Origin: an uncultured virus (IMG/VR IMGVR_UViG_3300047443_000138)
Taxonomy: Duplodnaviria; Heunggongvirae; Uroviricota; Caudoviricetes
Length of the DNA stretch: 64,000 nt
Reading direction: 5' to 3' (one strand)
Virus record (IMG/VR): IMGVR_UViG_3300047443_000138
Position numbers and translations under genes: made by a program. The notes under the pieces were generated by a model. That model was not told where the DNA came from. It saw only the letters and a program-made list of their open reading frames with translations, and did no database searches. Shown here piece by piece: positions 1-9,112 of the stretch. Position 1 is the stretch's first letter. Each line of letters starts with the position of its first letter.

Positions 1-286
1 CAACCAGGTGCAGCATTCCGGCGGCGGCCAGCTGGCAGCGGCACATCGCCATCTCGTCGCGGACGTACTCGCAGCCCTCATAGTCGCCACGCTCGGCCAG
101 CGCCCGATAGCGGGCCGACGCCCACCGATGACGGGCCAGAAGGTCAGCGACCTCCACGTTGATCGCAGTCACCGACGTGCCGTTGATGACCGTCGACTCG
201 CCGAAACGCAGGCCGGCAACCAGGTGCTCGATGCGGTGCTGCTCGGCGATCGCCGGGTCGACCGGGGTGGGGGTTGCGGTGCTCAT
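1..286 (-). CDS. Hypothetical phage protein (runs off window start)
   Basis: ATG at 286 overlaps the upstream stop (ATGA); open frame MSTATPTPVDPAIAEQHRIEHL... to the window edge; not in the ORF track. Confidence 0.65.
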   Translation of the reverse strand, partial: MSTATPTPVDPAIAEQHRIEHLVAGLRFGESTVINGTSVTAINVEVADLLARHRWASARYRALAERGDYEGCEYVRDEMAMCRCQLAAAGMLHLV

Positions 287-552
287 GCCGTCACCGCCTT
301 CCACCAGCGACGCTTCGCAGGCTTCACCGGCTCACGCAGCGCAAGCGCCTCGTAGTAGAAGGACTCGTGCAGGCGGCCCACAAACATCCAGAGCTCCTCG
401 GACGGCGCCTTCGCCGCCAGCTCCATCAGCTCCTCAGCCATCTCGCCGAACGTCCGGGCCAGCGTGGCGCGGTCACCGGACTCCAGAGCGGCAGCAAGAG
501 AAGCGAGATGGGCGGTGGGGGTCGGGGTGGGGGTTGCGGTGGTGCTGGACAT
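283..552 (-). CDS. Hypothetical protein
   Basis: MSSTTATPTP... start coupled (TGATG) to the upstream gene, GGAGG RBS. Confidence 0.7.
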   Translation of the reverse strand: MSSTTATPTPTPTAHLASLAAALESGDRATLARTFGEMAEELMELAAKAPSEELWMFVGRLHESFYYEALALREPVKPAKRRWWKAVTA

Positions 553-785
553 CAAGCCACCTCCGTGGACGACTGAGGGGTGTCCATCGAATTCAGGACG
601 GACTCGGGAATGCGGAGCGTGCCGGTGGCACCGTCTCCGGGCTGGTAGGGCTGGCCGTTCCTGTAGGCAGGAAGAAAGCCCTGGTGGATCCATCGATAGA
701 CAGTCGCGGGGTGCACTCGGAAGTGCGTCGCGACGTCCCGAACTCGCAGCATTGCGCCTCCGATCGCGGGTTTCGCATCTGTCAA
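552..785 (-). CDS. Excisionase-like helix-turn-helix protein (HTH_17/Xis family)
   Basis: LRVRDVATHFRVHPATVYRWIHQGFLPA..RIP pattern. Confidence 0.8.
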   Translation of the reverse strand: MTDAKPAIGGAMLRVRDVATHFRVHPATVYRWIHQGFLPAYRNGQPYQPGDGATGTLRIPESVLNSMDTPQSSTEVA

Positions 786-787
786 CG

Positions 788-879
788 ACCTTAAAGCCTT
801 GATGCATAACGTAGCAAGCCTCGCGGCGCAGTTTCGGCCAGTCGGGTGCAGGCATCTGTAATCATCAAGGGCTTAAGGT
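788..879. promoter_or_regulatory. Inverted 17-bp operator-like pair in a divergent promoter region
   Basis: ACCTTAAAGCCTTGATG (788-804) and CATCAAGGGCTTAAGGT (863-879), 15/17 inverted match, AT-rich against a GC-rich background. Confidence 0.6.
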
Positions 880-924
880 TGGGAGGTCAGAACGAGCACC
901 ATCAGTGGAGGAGAGGCCCGAGAG

Positions 925-1455
925 ATGGCCGAGAATCAGCGACGGAATGACTCGCTCGCCTACGTCACGCCTCGTGAACCGGGGCAAGCGGACGCCTGGA
1001 GCGAAGAAACGCGGCAGCGGGGAGGCCAGCAACTCACCAACGTCGCCGAGGTCGTACCGCCTCGCGAGGTCGCCACCGCCCTCTCTCTCGCAGCCGGCGA
1101 GAAGGCCGCAGTCCGCCGCCGGGTCATCCTGCTCGACGATGAAGCGATCGAACTCGCCGACTCCTACTACCCGCTCGAGATCGCGCGCGGCACGACACTC
1201 CTCGAGAAGAAGAAGATCAAGGGGGGCGCGCCCACGCTGCTGGCTGAGCTCGGCTACCGAGCCCGGCACGCCTCCGAGGATCTGGAGTTCCGGGAGGCGG
1301 ACGACTTCGAGCGCACCGCACTCTCCCTCCCCGAGGGCTCGAGCGTCCTGACGCTGCTACGCACCACCACAGCCGAAGACGGGAGCCCCATCGAAGTGCA
1401 GTTCATGGTCATGAAGGCGCCTCGCCGCCTCCACTACGAGATCGAGGTCGACTGA
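925..1455 (+). CDS. Stand-alone UTRA (HutC-type effector-binding) domain protein
   Basis: RRRVILLDDEAIELADSYYP...IKGG..LLAELG...RT...PIEV; paralogous to the UTRA part of the next gene; no HTH. Confidence 0.85.
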   Translation: MAENQRRNDSLAYVTPREPGQADAWSEETRQRGGQQLTNVAEVVPPREVATALSLAAGEKAAVRRRVILLDDEAIELADSYYPLEIARGTTLLEKKKIKGGAPTLLAELGYRARHASEDLEFREADDFERTALSLPEGSSVLTLLRTTTAEDGSPIEVQFMVMKAPRRLHYEIEVD

Positions 1456-1456
1456 C

Positions 1457-2221
1457 ATGCCGGAGCCGCACGAGGACAAGCGCCCCCTCGGTGAGCGCAT
1501 CGCCGCCGAGATCAGAAAGCTGATCATGTCGGGCGACTGGGAACCTGGAGCCCGGGTCCCCACAAACGAGAAGCTGAGGGAACAGTTCGAAACGTCGAAC
1601 GTGACCATTCAGCGCGCCCTCCAGATCCTCAAAGACGAAAGGTTCCTCGAGGGCCAGACTGGAGTCGGCGTCTTCGTGCGCAACGAAGGCTCCCAGGCGA
1701 TCAGCCCCGCACACAGCCTGCGCCCCTCCGAGCCGGGGCAGCCGTACCGGTGGCTGACCGAGGCCACGAAGAACCAGCAGCACGGCAAGTACAAGATGCT
1801 CGAGGTCGGCGAGGTGAAACCGCCGAAGCAAGTCCGCCTCGCTCTTGGTCTGGACGAGGACGGGACGGCGATGCGCCGGTCCCGCATCGGCTACCTCGAT
1901 GGCAAGCCAGCCGAACTGGTGCACTCGTACTACCCGATCGAGCTGGCGCGCGGGACGCGGCTCGAGGACCGGAGGCTCATCCCCGGCGGATCGCCGCTCC
2001 TGCTCGAGGAGATGGGCTACCCGACCCGCTCACAGGATGACGTGCTTGGCGCGCGACCGGCCACCACCGAGGAGTACGTACACCTCGAGATCCCGCGCGA
2101 TGTACCGGTGATCGAGATCTTCCGCGTCGTGTACAGCGACGAGCAGCGGCCGATCGAGGTCTCGCTGCTCACGAAGCCGGCGCACCGCTTCAAGATGGCG
2201 TACAGCGTCGACTGCCCCTGA
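1457..2221 (+). CDS. GntR-family (HutC/KorSA-like) regulator, wHTH plus UTRA
   Basis: IMSGDWEPGARVPT..L.EQFETS..TIQRAL..L...G.GVFV then a UTRA domain. Confidence 0.92.
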   Translation: MPEPHEDKRPLGERIAAEIRKLIMSGDWEPGARVPTNEKLREQFETSNVTIQRALQILKDERFLEGQTGVGVFVRNEGSQAISPAHSLRPSEPGQPYRWLTEATKNQQHGKYKMLEVGEVKPPKQVRLALGLDEDGTAMRRSRIGYLDGKPAELVHSYYPIELARGTRLEDRRLIPGGSPLLLEEMGYPTRSQDDVLGARPATTEEYVHLEIPRDVPVIEIFRVVYSDEQRPIEVSLLTKPAHRFKMAYSVDCP

Positions 2222-2238
2222 CTGTTTCCCACTTGCAC

Positions 2239-2266
2239 GCCCCCGGCCTCCGACCGGGGGCTTTTG
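2239..2266 (+). terminator. Intrinsic terminator
   Basis: GCCCCCGG...CCGGGGGC stem followed by TTTTG. Confidence 0.7.
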
Positions 2267-2360
2267 CATATACGGACACTTGGGCTTGATACCTGAATGA
2301 GCAAGCCTTACGGTTCTGTCCGTGAGAGTGGCCGACGCCACACGCTCAGTAAGGAGCGGC

Positions 2361-2918
2361 ATGCCCGCATCTTCCGAACGAACCGCGCTCTACCGCTACT
2401 TCGACGCCGACGACGAGCTGCTGTACATCGGCATCTCCATCGACCCAGACGGTCGACTGAAGGCCCACCGCGACAACCACGAGCCCTGGGTACCGGTGGC
2501 TGCACGTCGCACCATCGAGTGGCTCGACTCCCGACCGCTCGCCCTGAAGGCCGAGGAAGACGCGATTAAGACGGAGCGCCCGCGCTACAACGAGAAGCAC
2601 AACTACGACGACGCGACGTTCGATCCCGCCTCATGGTCCGAGGTCATCGACTTCCGCAAGGTGCCTGGGATCGCGGAACTGATGCGAGCCGAGATCGTCA
2701 GCGGGCGGTGGGCACCGGGTCAGCGCATCCCGTCGCTCCGCACCCTCGGGAAGGCGGCGGGAGCGAGTCCCCGAATCGTCAGCAAGGCCTCGGTCCAATT
2801 GCAAGACGAAGGCCTACTCGACTTCCAGCCTGGCCGCGGCCTCTTCGTCACCCGCCCGCGCTGGTCCGAGCCAAAGCTGCCGCACAACTTCTTCTGGGAG
2901 CTCGGCTTCCCCGGATAA
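2361..2918 (+). CDS. GIY-YIG nuclease domain fused to a C-terminal GntR-type wHTH
   Basis: ALYRY...LLYIGIS, R, E(AEEDAI) and N(PRYN) GIY-YIG residues; WAPGQRIPSLR..L...GRGLFV wHTH; AAGGAG RBS before ATG 2361. Confidence 0.8.
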   Translation: MPASSERTALYRYFDADDELLYIGISIDPDGRLKAHRDNHEPWVPVAARRTIEWLDSRPLALKAEEDAIKTERPRYNEKHNYDDATFDPASWSEVIDFRKVPGIAELMRAEIVSGRWAPGQRIPSLRTLGKAAGASPRIVSKASVQLQDEGLLDFQPGRGLFVTRPRWSEPKLPHNFFWELGFPG

Positions 2919-3012
2919 CGCGAACGGCCGGGTGCGCGAACACCCGGCCCGTTCAGCCAGCGAGCGCGAACTCGCTGACCTTCAACCATCACTCGCCTGA
3001 GAGAAGGTTTCG

Positions 3013-3474
3013 ATGACCACTGTAGTCCCCGAACAGGAAGTCGCGTCCGTGACGGACGCCACCACGTCCCGCACGTGGTCGTTCATCAATCGCCGCACCG
3101 GCGAGCCCGTGGCCTACGCCTGTATGCAGGGCTGCACGCTGAATCACGCGTCGGAGATGGCCTCGCCGACGTTCCCGGAGGACGTCTGGTGCTGGACGTG
3201 GCCGGAGGCGTTGACGCTGCCGGTCAACGAGAACGGTTCGCCTGAGGAGTTCCGCGTCCTCTCCACGGTGATCAAGGTGGAGCCGTGGTCTCCGAAGGTC
3301 GCCGAGCGGCTGCCGTTCGCCGTAATCGAGCTGGTCGACGATCACTTCGTCGACGGCCTCGACCCGGACGGGCTGGCGACGGTGATCCGCACCCTGTCTG
3401 ACCGGGTGGAGCGGATGCGGGAGACGCATGCCCGGCTCATTGCGGTCCGCGCCGAGTACATGGGCCGCTCGTGA
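3013..3474 (+). CDS. Actinophage hypothetical protein (DUF6907-like)
   Basis: C-x2-GC...H motif and LDPDGLA helix recalled for this family; coupled to the next gene. Confidence 0.55.
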   Translation: MTTVVPEQEVASVTDATTSRTWSFINRRTGEPVAYACMQGCTLNHASEMASPTFPEDVWCWTWPEALTLPVNENGSPEEFRVLSTVIKVEPWSPKVAERLPFAVIELVDDHFVDGLDPDGLATVIRTLSDRVERMRETHARLIAVRAEYMGRS

Positions 3475-4853
3475 TGGCGGGGTCCACGTTCTCGACGGCT
3501 TTGAAGACGGCGGCCGGCTATATCGACGTGGCGGCGAACGCTCACGGTGAAGAGAAGGCGCATCTCGCTGTCCGCGCGCTGGAGCGTATCCAGCACGACC
3601 GTCCGCGTCTGGTGGAGATTGGGCCGGGCGGCGGGTCCGCGGTCGCGTATCTGGCCTCGCATCTTGCTGCTGGTCGGGGCCGCGACGATGTCCGCCTGAC
3701 GCTGGTGGAGGTGCCGGGGGTGATTTCGGCGTCGCTGGAGCAGGCGATGAAGGACTTCAGCCAGGTCGGTGCTTGTGATCTGGTGTCGGGGTTCGCGCAG
3801 GACGTCGGGACGATCCTCGACGATCCGGTGGATGTGGTGAGCGCGTCGGCGCTGCTGCACGAGGTGTATTCCTACGGCGGCGGCTACAGCGGCCTGCATT
3901 CGATGATCCGGACTCTGCCGACGGTGCTGCGGCCGGGCGGAATGTTCGCCTACCGGGACGTGTACGCGGTGAAGGCGCCGTCGCTGCACGACCGGTGCAT
4001 GCAGACGTACACGTCCCGTTCGTGGCTGCGCTTTCTGCGGATGTTCATTCCGCAGTATCTGCAGGAGGGTACGCATCCGTACCACAGTGCCAGTGATCTG
4101 GTGGTTTTCCGGCAGGACTCGAGGGTCGTGCCGGCTGTGGACCTGTGTGAGCGGACGAGCGTGGTGGCTTCGGCGCCGGTGGGGGTGTTCCGGGAGATCC
4201 AGCGGCATTACGTGACGCTGAGGGATCATGTGTGGCGGTCGGGTGTTCTCGGGTTCAGGCCGTTCCTCGAGGGCCCGCTCGCGGGCGACTGGATCGATGC
4301 CCGGCATGGTCACAAGCGCGTGCACTATGTGCTGACGGACTCGGACTGGTTGCCGGATTCTCAGCGGGCGATGCTGCTCGCGCTGAGCGAGCCGTACACC
4401 GACCACTACACCGTGGACGGCGACATCCTCGACGAGTGCACGGACATCGCCCTGGGTGCGTTCTTCCGGCTGGCGGAGCGTGGCGACGGGGAGTGCTCGA
4501 CGGTGTGGCGGAGTTGGGCCTCCCGGGAGGGCCGCGAAACCTACGCGTATCTGACGCTGGATGCACTGCTGGCGGCGGTCGCGGTCAACTCGGCGGAGGT
4601 AGCACAGGATCAGCGGACGGTACTGGTGCCGGTCCGGGTGGAGGACGTGATCCGGCGCGATCGGGCCTACTACGACCGATATCTGCGGCGGGCCATCCCC
4701 AACCCGCTGCGGGACGGAAAACAACTCGTCCTCTTCACGAACGTCCCCGTGGAGGACACTCGCTCGTTGGCCGAGGGGACGCGGACCCTGCAGCAGTGGT
4801 GCAGCAAGACGAGCCTGGCGCGCGTGTACTCGGCGATCAACGGAGGAGCCTGA
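3471..4853 (+). CDS. Class I SAM-dependent methyltransferase with a large unknown C-terminal region
   Basis: Motif I LVEIGPGGG, acidic motif II LTLVE, DVVSASALLHE, LRPGG...RD. Confidence 0.8.
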   Translation: MMAGSTFSTALKTAAGYIDVAANAHGEEKAHLAVRALERIQHDRPRLVEIGPGGGSAVAYLASHLAAGRGRDDVRLTLVEVPGVISASLEQAMKDFSQVGACDLVSGFAQDVGTILDDPVDVVSASALLHEVYSYGGGYSGLHSMIRTLPTVLRPGGMFAYRDVYAVKAPSLHDRCMQTYTSRSWLRFLRMFIPQYLQEGTHPYHSASDLVVFRQDSRVVPAVDLCERTSVVASAPVGVFREIQRHYVTLRDHVWRSGVLGFRPFLEGPLAGDWIDARHGHKRVHYVLTDSDWLPDSQRAMLLALSEPYTDHYTVDGDILDECTDIALGAFFRLAERGDGECSTVWRSWASREGRETYAYLTLDALLAAVAVNSAEVAQDQRTVLVPVRVEDVIRRDRAYYDRYLRRAIPNPLRDGKQLVLFTNVPVEDTRSLAEGTRTLQQWCSKTSLARVYSAINGGA

Positions 4854-4854
4854 G

Positions 4855-5427
4855 ATGAACGACATGATCGAGGTTGAGCGGAAGCGGCGCCTGCCGGACG
4901 ACGGCTCCGGACTGGCCGTGCTGCTGGCCGGGCTCGGCTGGCAGGCTGCGGAGCGGGTGGTCGAGGTGGACACGTACTACTCGCGGCCGGACGTGGACTT
5001 CATGGAGACGGTCGAGTGTCTGCGGGTGCGGCGCCGCGGCGACTTCGCCGAGGTCACCTACAAGCCGGCCTCCACCGTGGCGACCCATAGCGCCGACGGC
5101 GTGATCTCGAAGCCGGAGACGAACGTCATTCTCCAGTCGGCAGGCCAGGCCCCGCTCGCGGACCAGTTGCTTGAGGCGATCGGCATGCAATTGCTCGTGC
5201 GGGTGGAGAAGAACCGAGCTGCGTACCGGCACCCGGACGAGCCGGACGTGACGGTGACCATCGACACGGTCGCCGGTGTCGCCACGTTCGTGGAGACAGA
5301 GGTCATGAGCGCTGACTCGATCGCGGCGGCCGAGACGGTCGAGCGGGTCGAGAAGGAGCTGGACATCACGGACTACCCGACGGTGGAGTTGCCGTACCGG
5401 GATCTCGCGATGGAGCGCGCGGTCTGA
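4855..5427 (+). CDS. CYTH/triphosphate tunnel metalloenzyme (class IV adenylate cyclase-like)
   Basis: EVERK (ExExK), DTYY, LRVR, TYK, VEKNR, FVETE, PY motifs; GGAGG RBS. Confidence 0.9.
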   Translation: MNDMIEVERKRRLPDDGSGLAVLLAGLGWQAAERVVEVDTYYSRPDVDFMETVECLRVRRRGDFAEVTYKPASTVATHSADGVISKPETNVILQSAGQAPLADQLLEAIGMQLLVRVEKNRAAYRHPDEPDVTVTIDTVAGVATFVETEVMSADSIAAAETVERVEKELDITDYPTVELPYRDLAMERAV

Positions 5428-5440
5428 CGACACGCTGCAG

Positions 5441-5471
5441 CGCCCCCGACTTCAGGACGGAGCCGGGGGCG
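5441..5471 (+). terminator. Stem-loop terminator after the CYTH gene
   Basis: CGCCCCCG...CGGGGGCG. Confidence 0.6.
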
Positions 5472-5631
5472 TCGTGCTGTCTAGACCGCCTCGTCGGCCG
5501 CTGCTGCTGCGCCTGGTGGACTGCCGTGGTGCTGTCGTCGCCTCGGGTGTCGCGCTGGGGCTGTAGTGCCTCGCGGGTCCCGTCTGGTTGGCGCCGTGTC
5601 GCCTCGCCTGGTCGACCCGCACGCTCGGTGT

Positions 5632-6027
5632 ATGGGGGTCATCGAGGAGGGGCCGCGGCGGATCGGCGCCGGGCAGACGTTCACGTGCCCGTTGTGCGGG
5701 TTACCGCAGGATCGGGTGCCGACACTGGACCACGACTGGGTGCTGCTCGAGCCGGGCGTGGACGTGCTGGCGCATCTGGTACCGGCGGAACACCGGTGGA
5801 TCGTGCTGTCGGACGGCCGGGTCACGGTGTACGGGGTGTGCCCGCCGGTCGCCGAGCAGCGCTGCCGGGTCGAGCACCGGCTGGCGTGCCCGGGGCAGGA
5901 GCTGCCGGACTTGTGGCCTTGGTTGACGACGTTGCGGGGCGAGAACAGAAGGTCCTCGGAGCGCCGGGATGACGGGGATCAGCCGCCGGAGCCGGAGCCG
6001 GACATCGAGCTGCCGGACGTCGGGTAG
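5632..6027 (+). CDS. Zn-binding hypothetical protein (DUF6083-like)
   Basis: CPLCG...WVLLEP...VP..HRW...CRVEH.LACP. Confidence 0.65.
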   Translation: MGVIEEGPRRIGAGQTFTCPLCGLPQDRVPTLDHDWVLLEPGVDVLAHLVPAEHRWIVLSDGRVTVYGVCPPVAEQRCRVEHRLACPGQELPDLWPWLTTLRGENRRSSERRDDGDQPPEPEPDIELPDVG

Positions 6028-6395
6028 GCGGTCCGAGCGCAACACGACGCCCCCGTCGGATCCCGGCCGGGGGCGTTCCTGTGTCACGCCTGCTGCTCGC
6101 CGCCTTTCACGACATGCCCCATTTGGCCGCATTTTGGTGTCGGCCCGCGCGGTGCGGCGTTAACCGTGCATGAGCAGGAGTCGCAGGTTGCGGGATCTGT
6201 CAGGGCCTCAGGCGTTCGACCAGCTGCGTTCGCAGTTGGCTCGCGCCGCTGCCGGGGTGGCCAGGGAGAAAGTGCCACGGCAGAGGCCTCGTCCGACGCC
6301 CGCGGAGCCGGATGGCGTCCGCGGTGAGGCGGGCCCGCCACGTTCGAGCTGAGGTCAACGCTCCCCCGCCTGATCAGCGCGGCGCGGGTGGCGAG

Positions 6396-6599
6396 CTACT
6401 CCTCCGACTCCTCACCGGCTTCCCGCAGGTGGTGGTCGGCGAAGAAGATCGCGATCTCCAGCCCGGCCGCGATCCCGTTGTGCGCGGTGACGCGGAGGTG
6501 GTCGAGGTCGGGTCGGGGATGCTGGTCGGCGGCCACGGCTTTGGCGTGTTCGGCGGCGAGTTGGCCGCGGAGACGGCGGAGGCGGGCGAGGTCGTTCAT
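6396..6599 (-). CDS. Hypothetical protein
   Basis: ATGA coupling with the upstream gene, GAGGAG RBS. Confidence 0.65.
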   Translation of the reverse strand: MNDLARLRRLRGQLAAEHAKAVAADQHPRPDLDHLRVTAHNGIAAGLEIAIFFADHHLREAGEESEE

Positions 6600-6796
6600 G
6601 CGGCTGTCTCCTCGGTGAGGTTGCGTCCCAGGGCCATGTCGATGAGGTCCGCCGCCGGTCGGAGGGGCGACGGACGGCCGTCGGGAGCGTTCGCGGTCCG
6701 CAGGATGTCGGCGGCCCGTTGGACTCGCTCCAGCTGCCCGTACAGGGCGTCGAGTTGGTCGTCGGTGATCGTGGATGCGGTGGGCCGGTCAAGCAT
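6596..6796 (-). CDS. Hypothetical protein (TITDDQLDALY motif)
   Basis: AAGGAG RBS before ATG 6796; the frame is open upstream to 7135, so the start is uncertain. Confidence 0.6.
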   Translation of the reverse strand: MLDRPTASTITDDQLDALYGQLERVQRAADILRTANAPDGRPSPLRPAADLIDMALGRNLTEETAA

Positions 6797-7131
6797 GTTG
6801 ATCTCCTTTCGGGTTGGCGGGGCGGGGCTGGGGCTCTGAGTGCCGCTCTGCGCGTCTCGGCGGGCTCCGGTGCGCAGCGGCGAGTTAGGCCGCGAGAGAG
6901 GCGCCCAGGGCCCTTCTCGGGCGCCCTCGGCCCCATCCGGACCCTGCCGAAGCGCCGTGCGGCCATCTGAGCGCTTCTGGCCGCGTCTCACCGCCCGTCG
7001 TGCCGCCCGGTTCGCGGACGGCTCCGGCTGGCCGTCGGGCACGTACTGCTCGCCCGTCGACCGCAGCTCCGTCTCCCAGCCGGCGCCCGGCGTTCCAGCG
7101 CGCTCGCCGCGGGGCGCCGACGACGGCCCGC

Positions 7132-7335
7132 TCACGCCTGCCTCCGCACTTCGCGCCGTCCGCCGGCCCCGCGTTTGATCCGCCCGCCGGCGTCGAGGTG
7201 GCCGTCGGCGGTGGCGAGCATCCGCACCGCGCGGGCCAGGACGGCGGCGGGAGGCTCGCCCGGATAGCAGCGGCGCAGCGTCTCCGCCGTCGGCAGGTCC
7301 AGGCAGACCAGCGGCAGCGGGCGGGCCGGGCTCAT
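7132..7335 (-). CDS. Hypothetical protein
   Basis: MSPARPLPLV..., ATGA coupling. Confidence 0.55.
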   Translation of the reverse strand: MSPARPLPLVCLDLPTAETLRRCYPGEPPAAVLARAVRMLATADGHLDAGGRIKRGAGGRREVRRQA

Positions 7336-7652
7336 CGCTGACCGCCGTTCAGTGCGCGGGCCACTGCGAGAGCGCGGACGAGGTGCGTCGGGTGCGCCGG
7401 ACCGGCTGACACGTACTCGGCAGCAACACGCAGCCACGCCGCAATCTCGCGGGTCGCCTCGGGCGAGAAGAGTCCGGCGAGTTTCCCGGCCGGACCGCCG
7501 AGCGCGTTCTCGACGCCGTTGGCGTACCAGCGGGGCCGGTTGACGATCTGCGAGTGCCAGTAGTCGTTGGCCTCGATCTCCTCGGCCGTCTCGTCGGCGA
7601 GGTCGAGGAGTGTCTGCGCCGCGGCGCGGAGTTCATCAGCGGGTGCGGTCAT
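7332..7652 (-). CDS. Hypothetical protein
   Basis: MTAPADELRAAA..., AAGG RBS. Confidence 0.7.
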   Translation of the reverse strand: MTAPADELRAAAQTLLDLADETAEEIEANDYWHSQIVNRPRWYANGVENALGGPAGKLAGLFSPEATREIAAWLRVAAEYVSAGPAHPTHLVRALAVARALNGGQR

Positions 7653-7711
7653 CGGTGGTGCCTTTCGGTGCGGGGTGCCGCCCCCACGACGCAGGGGCGG
7701 CAGGGGTGGGG

Positions 7712-8077
7712 TCAGGCGGTGGGCGCGGTCTTCGTGGCGGCCCAGTGCCAGCCCATGCGGGCGCGGTGCTTGCCGTCGTGTCCGGCGGGCAACTGGCAGG
7801 CGCGCGGCTGGTACTGCGACGGCACGAGGTTCGGCGGGCCGCCGACCGAACCGCACTCGGGTTCGCCGGGGTTGGCGAAGTCCTTGAACCAGTCGAGGTG
7901 CAGGAGCGTGCTGGCGTCGTCCCGGTAGCAGATGTGGATCACGCAGCTGCCGCAGAACTCGCACTCGGCGCACTCGTCGAGCAGCCACGGGTCGACCTGC
8001 AAACCGAAATGCGCGAGGTAACGCTCGTTGACGCAGGGGCTGCCGTAACGGCCCCAGGTCGTCTGGTCGTCGCTCAC
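7712..8077 (-). CDS. Cys-rich hypothetical protein
   Basis: GTGA coupling; CxxCxxC and C-x6-H motifs. Confidence 0.6.
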   Translation of the reverse strand: MSDDQTTWGRYGSPCVNERYLAHFGLQVDPWLLDECAECEFCGSCVIHICYRDDASTLLHLDWFKDFANPGEPECGSVGGPPNLVPSQYQPRACQLPAGHDGKHRARMGWHWAATKTAPTA

Positions 8078-8769
8078 TGCTGCTCCCCCGCGGCGTCAGC
8101 CTGCCGCGCCACGGCGGGCTGGTGCTCGGCCTCGACGGTGTACGTGGTGGTCGCGCGCACCAGACGGAACTGCCGGGCGGGCACGTGGCCGATGGCGTCC
8201 TCGAAGCGTTCGCGTGCCCAGTCGTGCTCGTCGTAGGTAGTGCCCCAACTTGCCCAGGTGCCGCGCCGCGGGGACTCGATCTCCCAGGTGACGGTCGGCG
8301 GGTGGGCCTCGGCCTGCGTCTCGGGCTGCTGCGCATGGTCGGCCCACTCGCGGACCTGCCGCGCGGCGGACCTGCGGTAGATCCGGGTGAAGCCTTCCTT
8401 CTCGCCCTGCTCGGCGTCGGCAGCGAGACGGTCAGCGACCTCGCGGTAGATCGCGGCCCGGTCGGCGGGCGCCGGGAGGACGGCGAGCACCGCGGCGGCG
8501 AGCGCGGGCACCCACTCCTGCGCCTCGGGGTCGTCTTCGAGGGCGAACGACACGTCGTCCATGCCGAAGTTGTCGAAGGGGAAGCTGCGGATGGCCTCGG
8601 CCACGCCTGCGGCATCGTCGGCGGGCGCGGGCAGCACGGCCAGCACCGCATCGGCGAGCTGCCAGGCGCGGCGTGTGCCGTCGTGCCGGTACGGGGCGTC
8701 TTCAATCGCCATCGCGATGCGGTCGCGCAGCGCGGTCTGGTCGCCCTGCGGGTCGGTGGTGTCGGTCAT
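8074..8769 (-). CDS. Hypothetical phage protein with an internal repeat
   Basis: MTDTTDPQ..., AAGGAG RBS; AVLAVLPAPAD occurs twice. Confidence 0.7.
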   Translation of the reverse strand: MTDTTDPQGDQTALRDRIAMAIEDAPYRHDGTRRAWQLADAVLAVLPAPADDAAGVAEAIRSFPFDNFGMDDVSFALEDDPEAQEWVPALAAAVLAVLPAPADRAAIYREVADRLAADAEQGEKEGFTRIYRRSAARQVREWADHAQQPETQAEAHPPTVTWEIESPRRGTWASWGTTYDEHDWARERFEDAIGHVPARQFRLVRATTTYTVEAEHQPAVARQADAAGEQQ

Positions 8770-8848
8770 GCGATGTCTCCTTGATCGATGTGATGGACTA
8801 GCCGGGCCGACCGCCCGCGGCTCCAACGCGGGCGGCCGGTGCCGGGGG

Positions 8849-9112
8849 TCACGGGGTGGGGCGGAGCTGCAGCGGTGGAGTCGTCGGCTTCTGCCGGGCG
8901 CCCGGGCAGGCCTCGCCGATCCAGTCCCGGTGCATCGGCACACGGCCGTTCTTCAGCGGCTTGAACAGCGCGCGCATCCCGACGGTGCTGACGCACTTCT
9001 CGCGGGCCGGACAGAGCACGAAACCGACAGCCCACTCCTGGTCGGTGAAGCCCGTTTCGAGGTCGGCACGCATCTGCTGCTCACGCTCGGCGAGTTCGCG
9101 GCTCATGGTCAT
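8849..9112 (-). CDS. Hypothetical protein
   Basis: ATGA coupling; CP..C...H...CPG motif. Confidence 0.6.
   Translation of the reverse strand: MTMSRELAEREQQMRADLETGFTDQEWAVGFVLCPAREKCVSTVGMRALFKPLKNGRVPMHRDWIGEACPGARQKPTTPPLQLRPTP

Noticed and set aside
6170..6352. 60-aa plus-strand ORF
   Set aside because: No motif or clear RBS; cannot be supported, though it may be real
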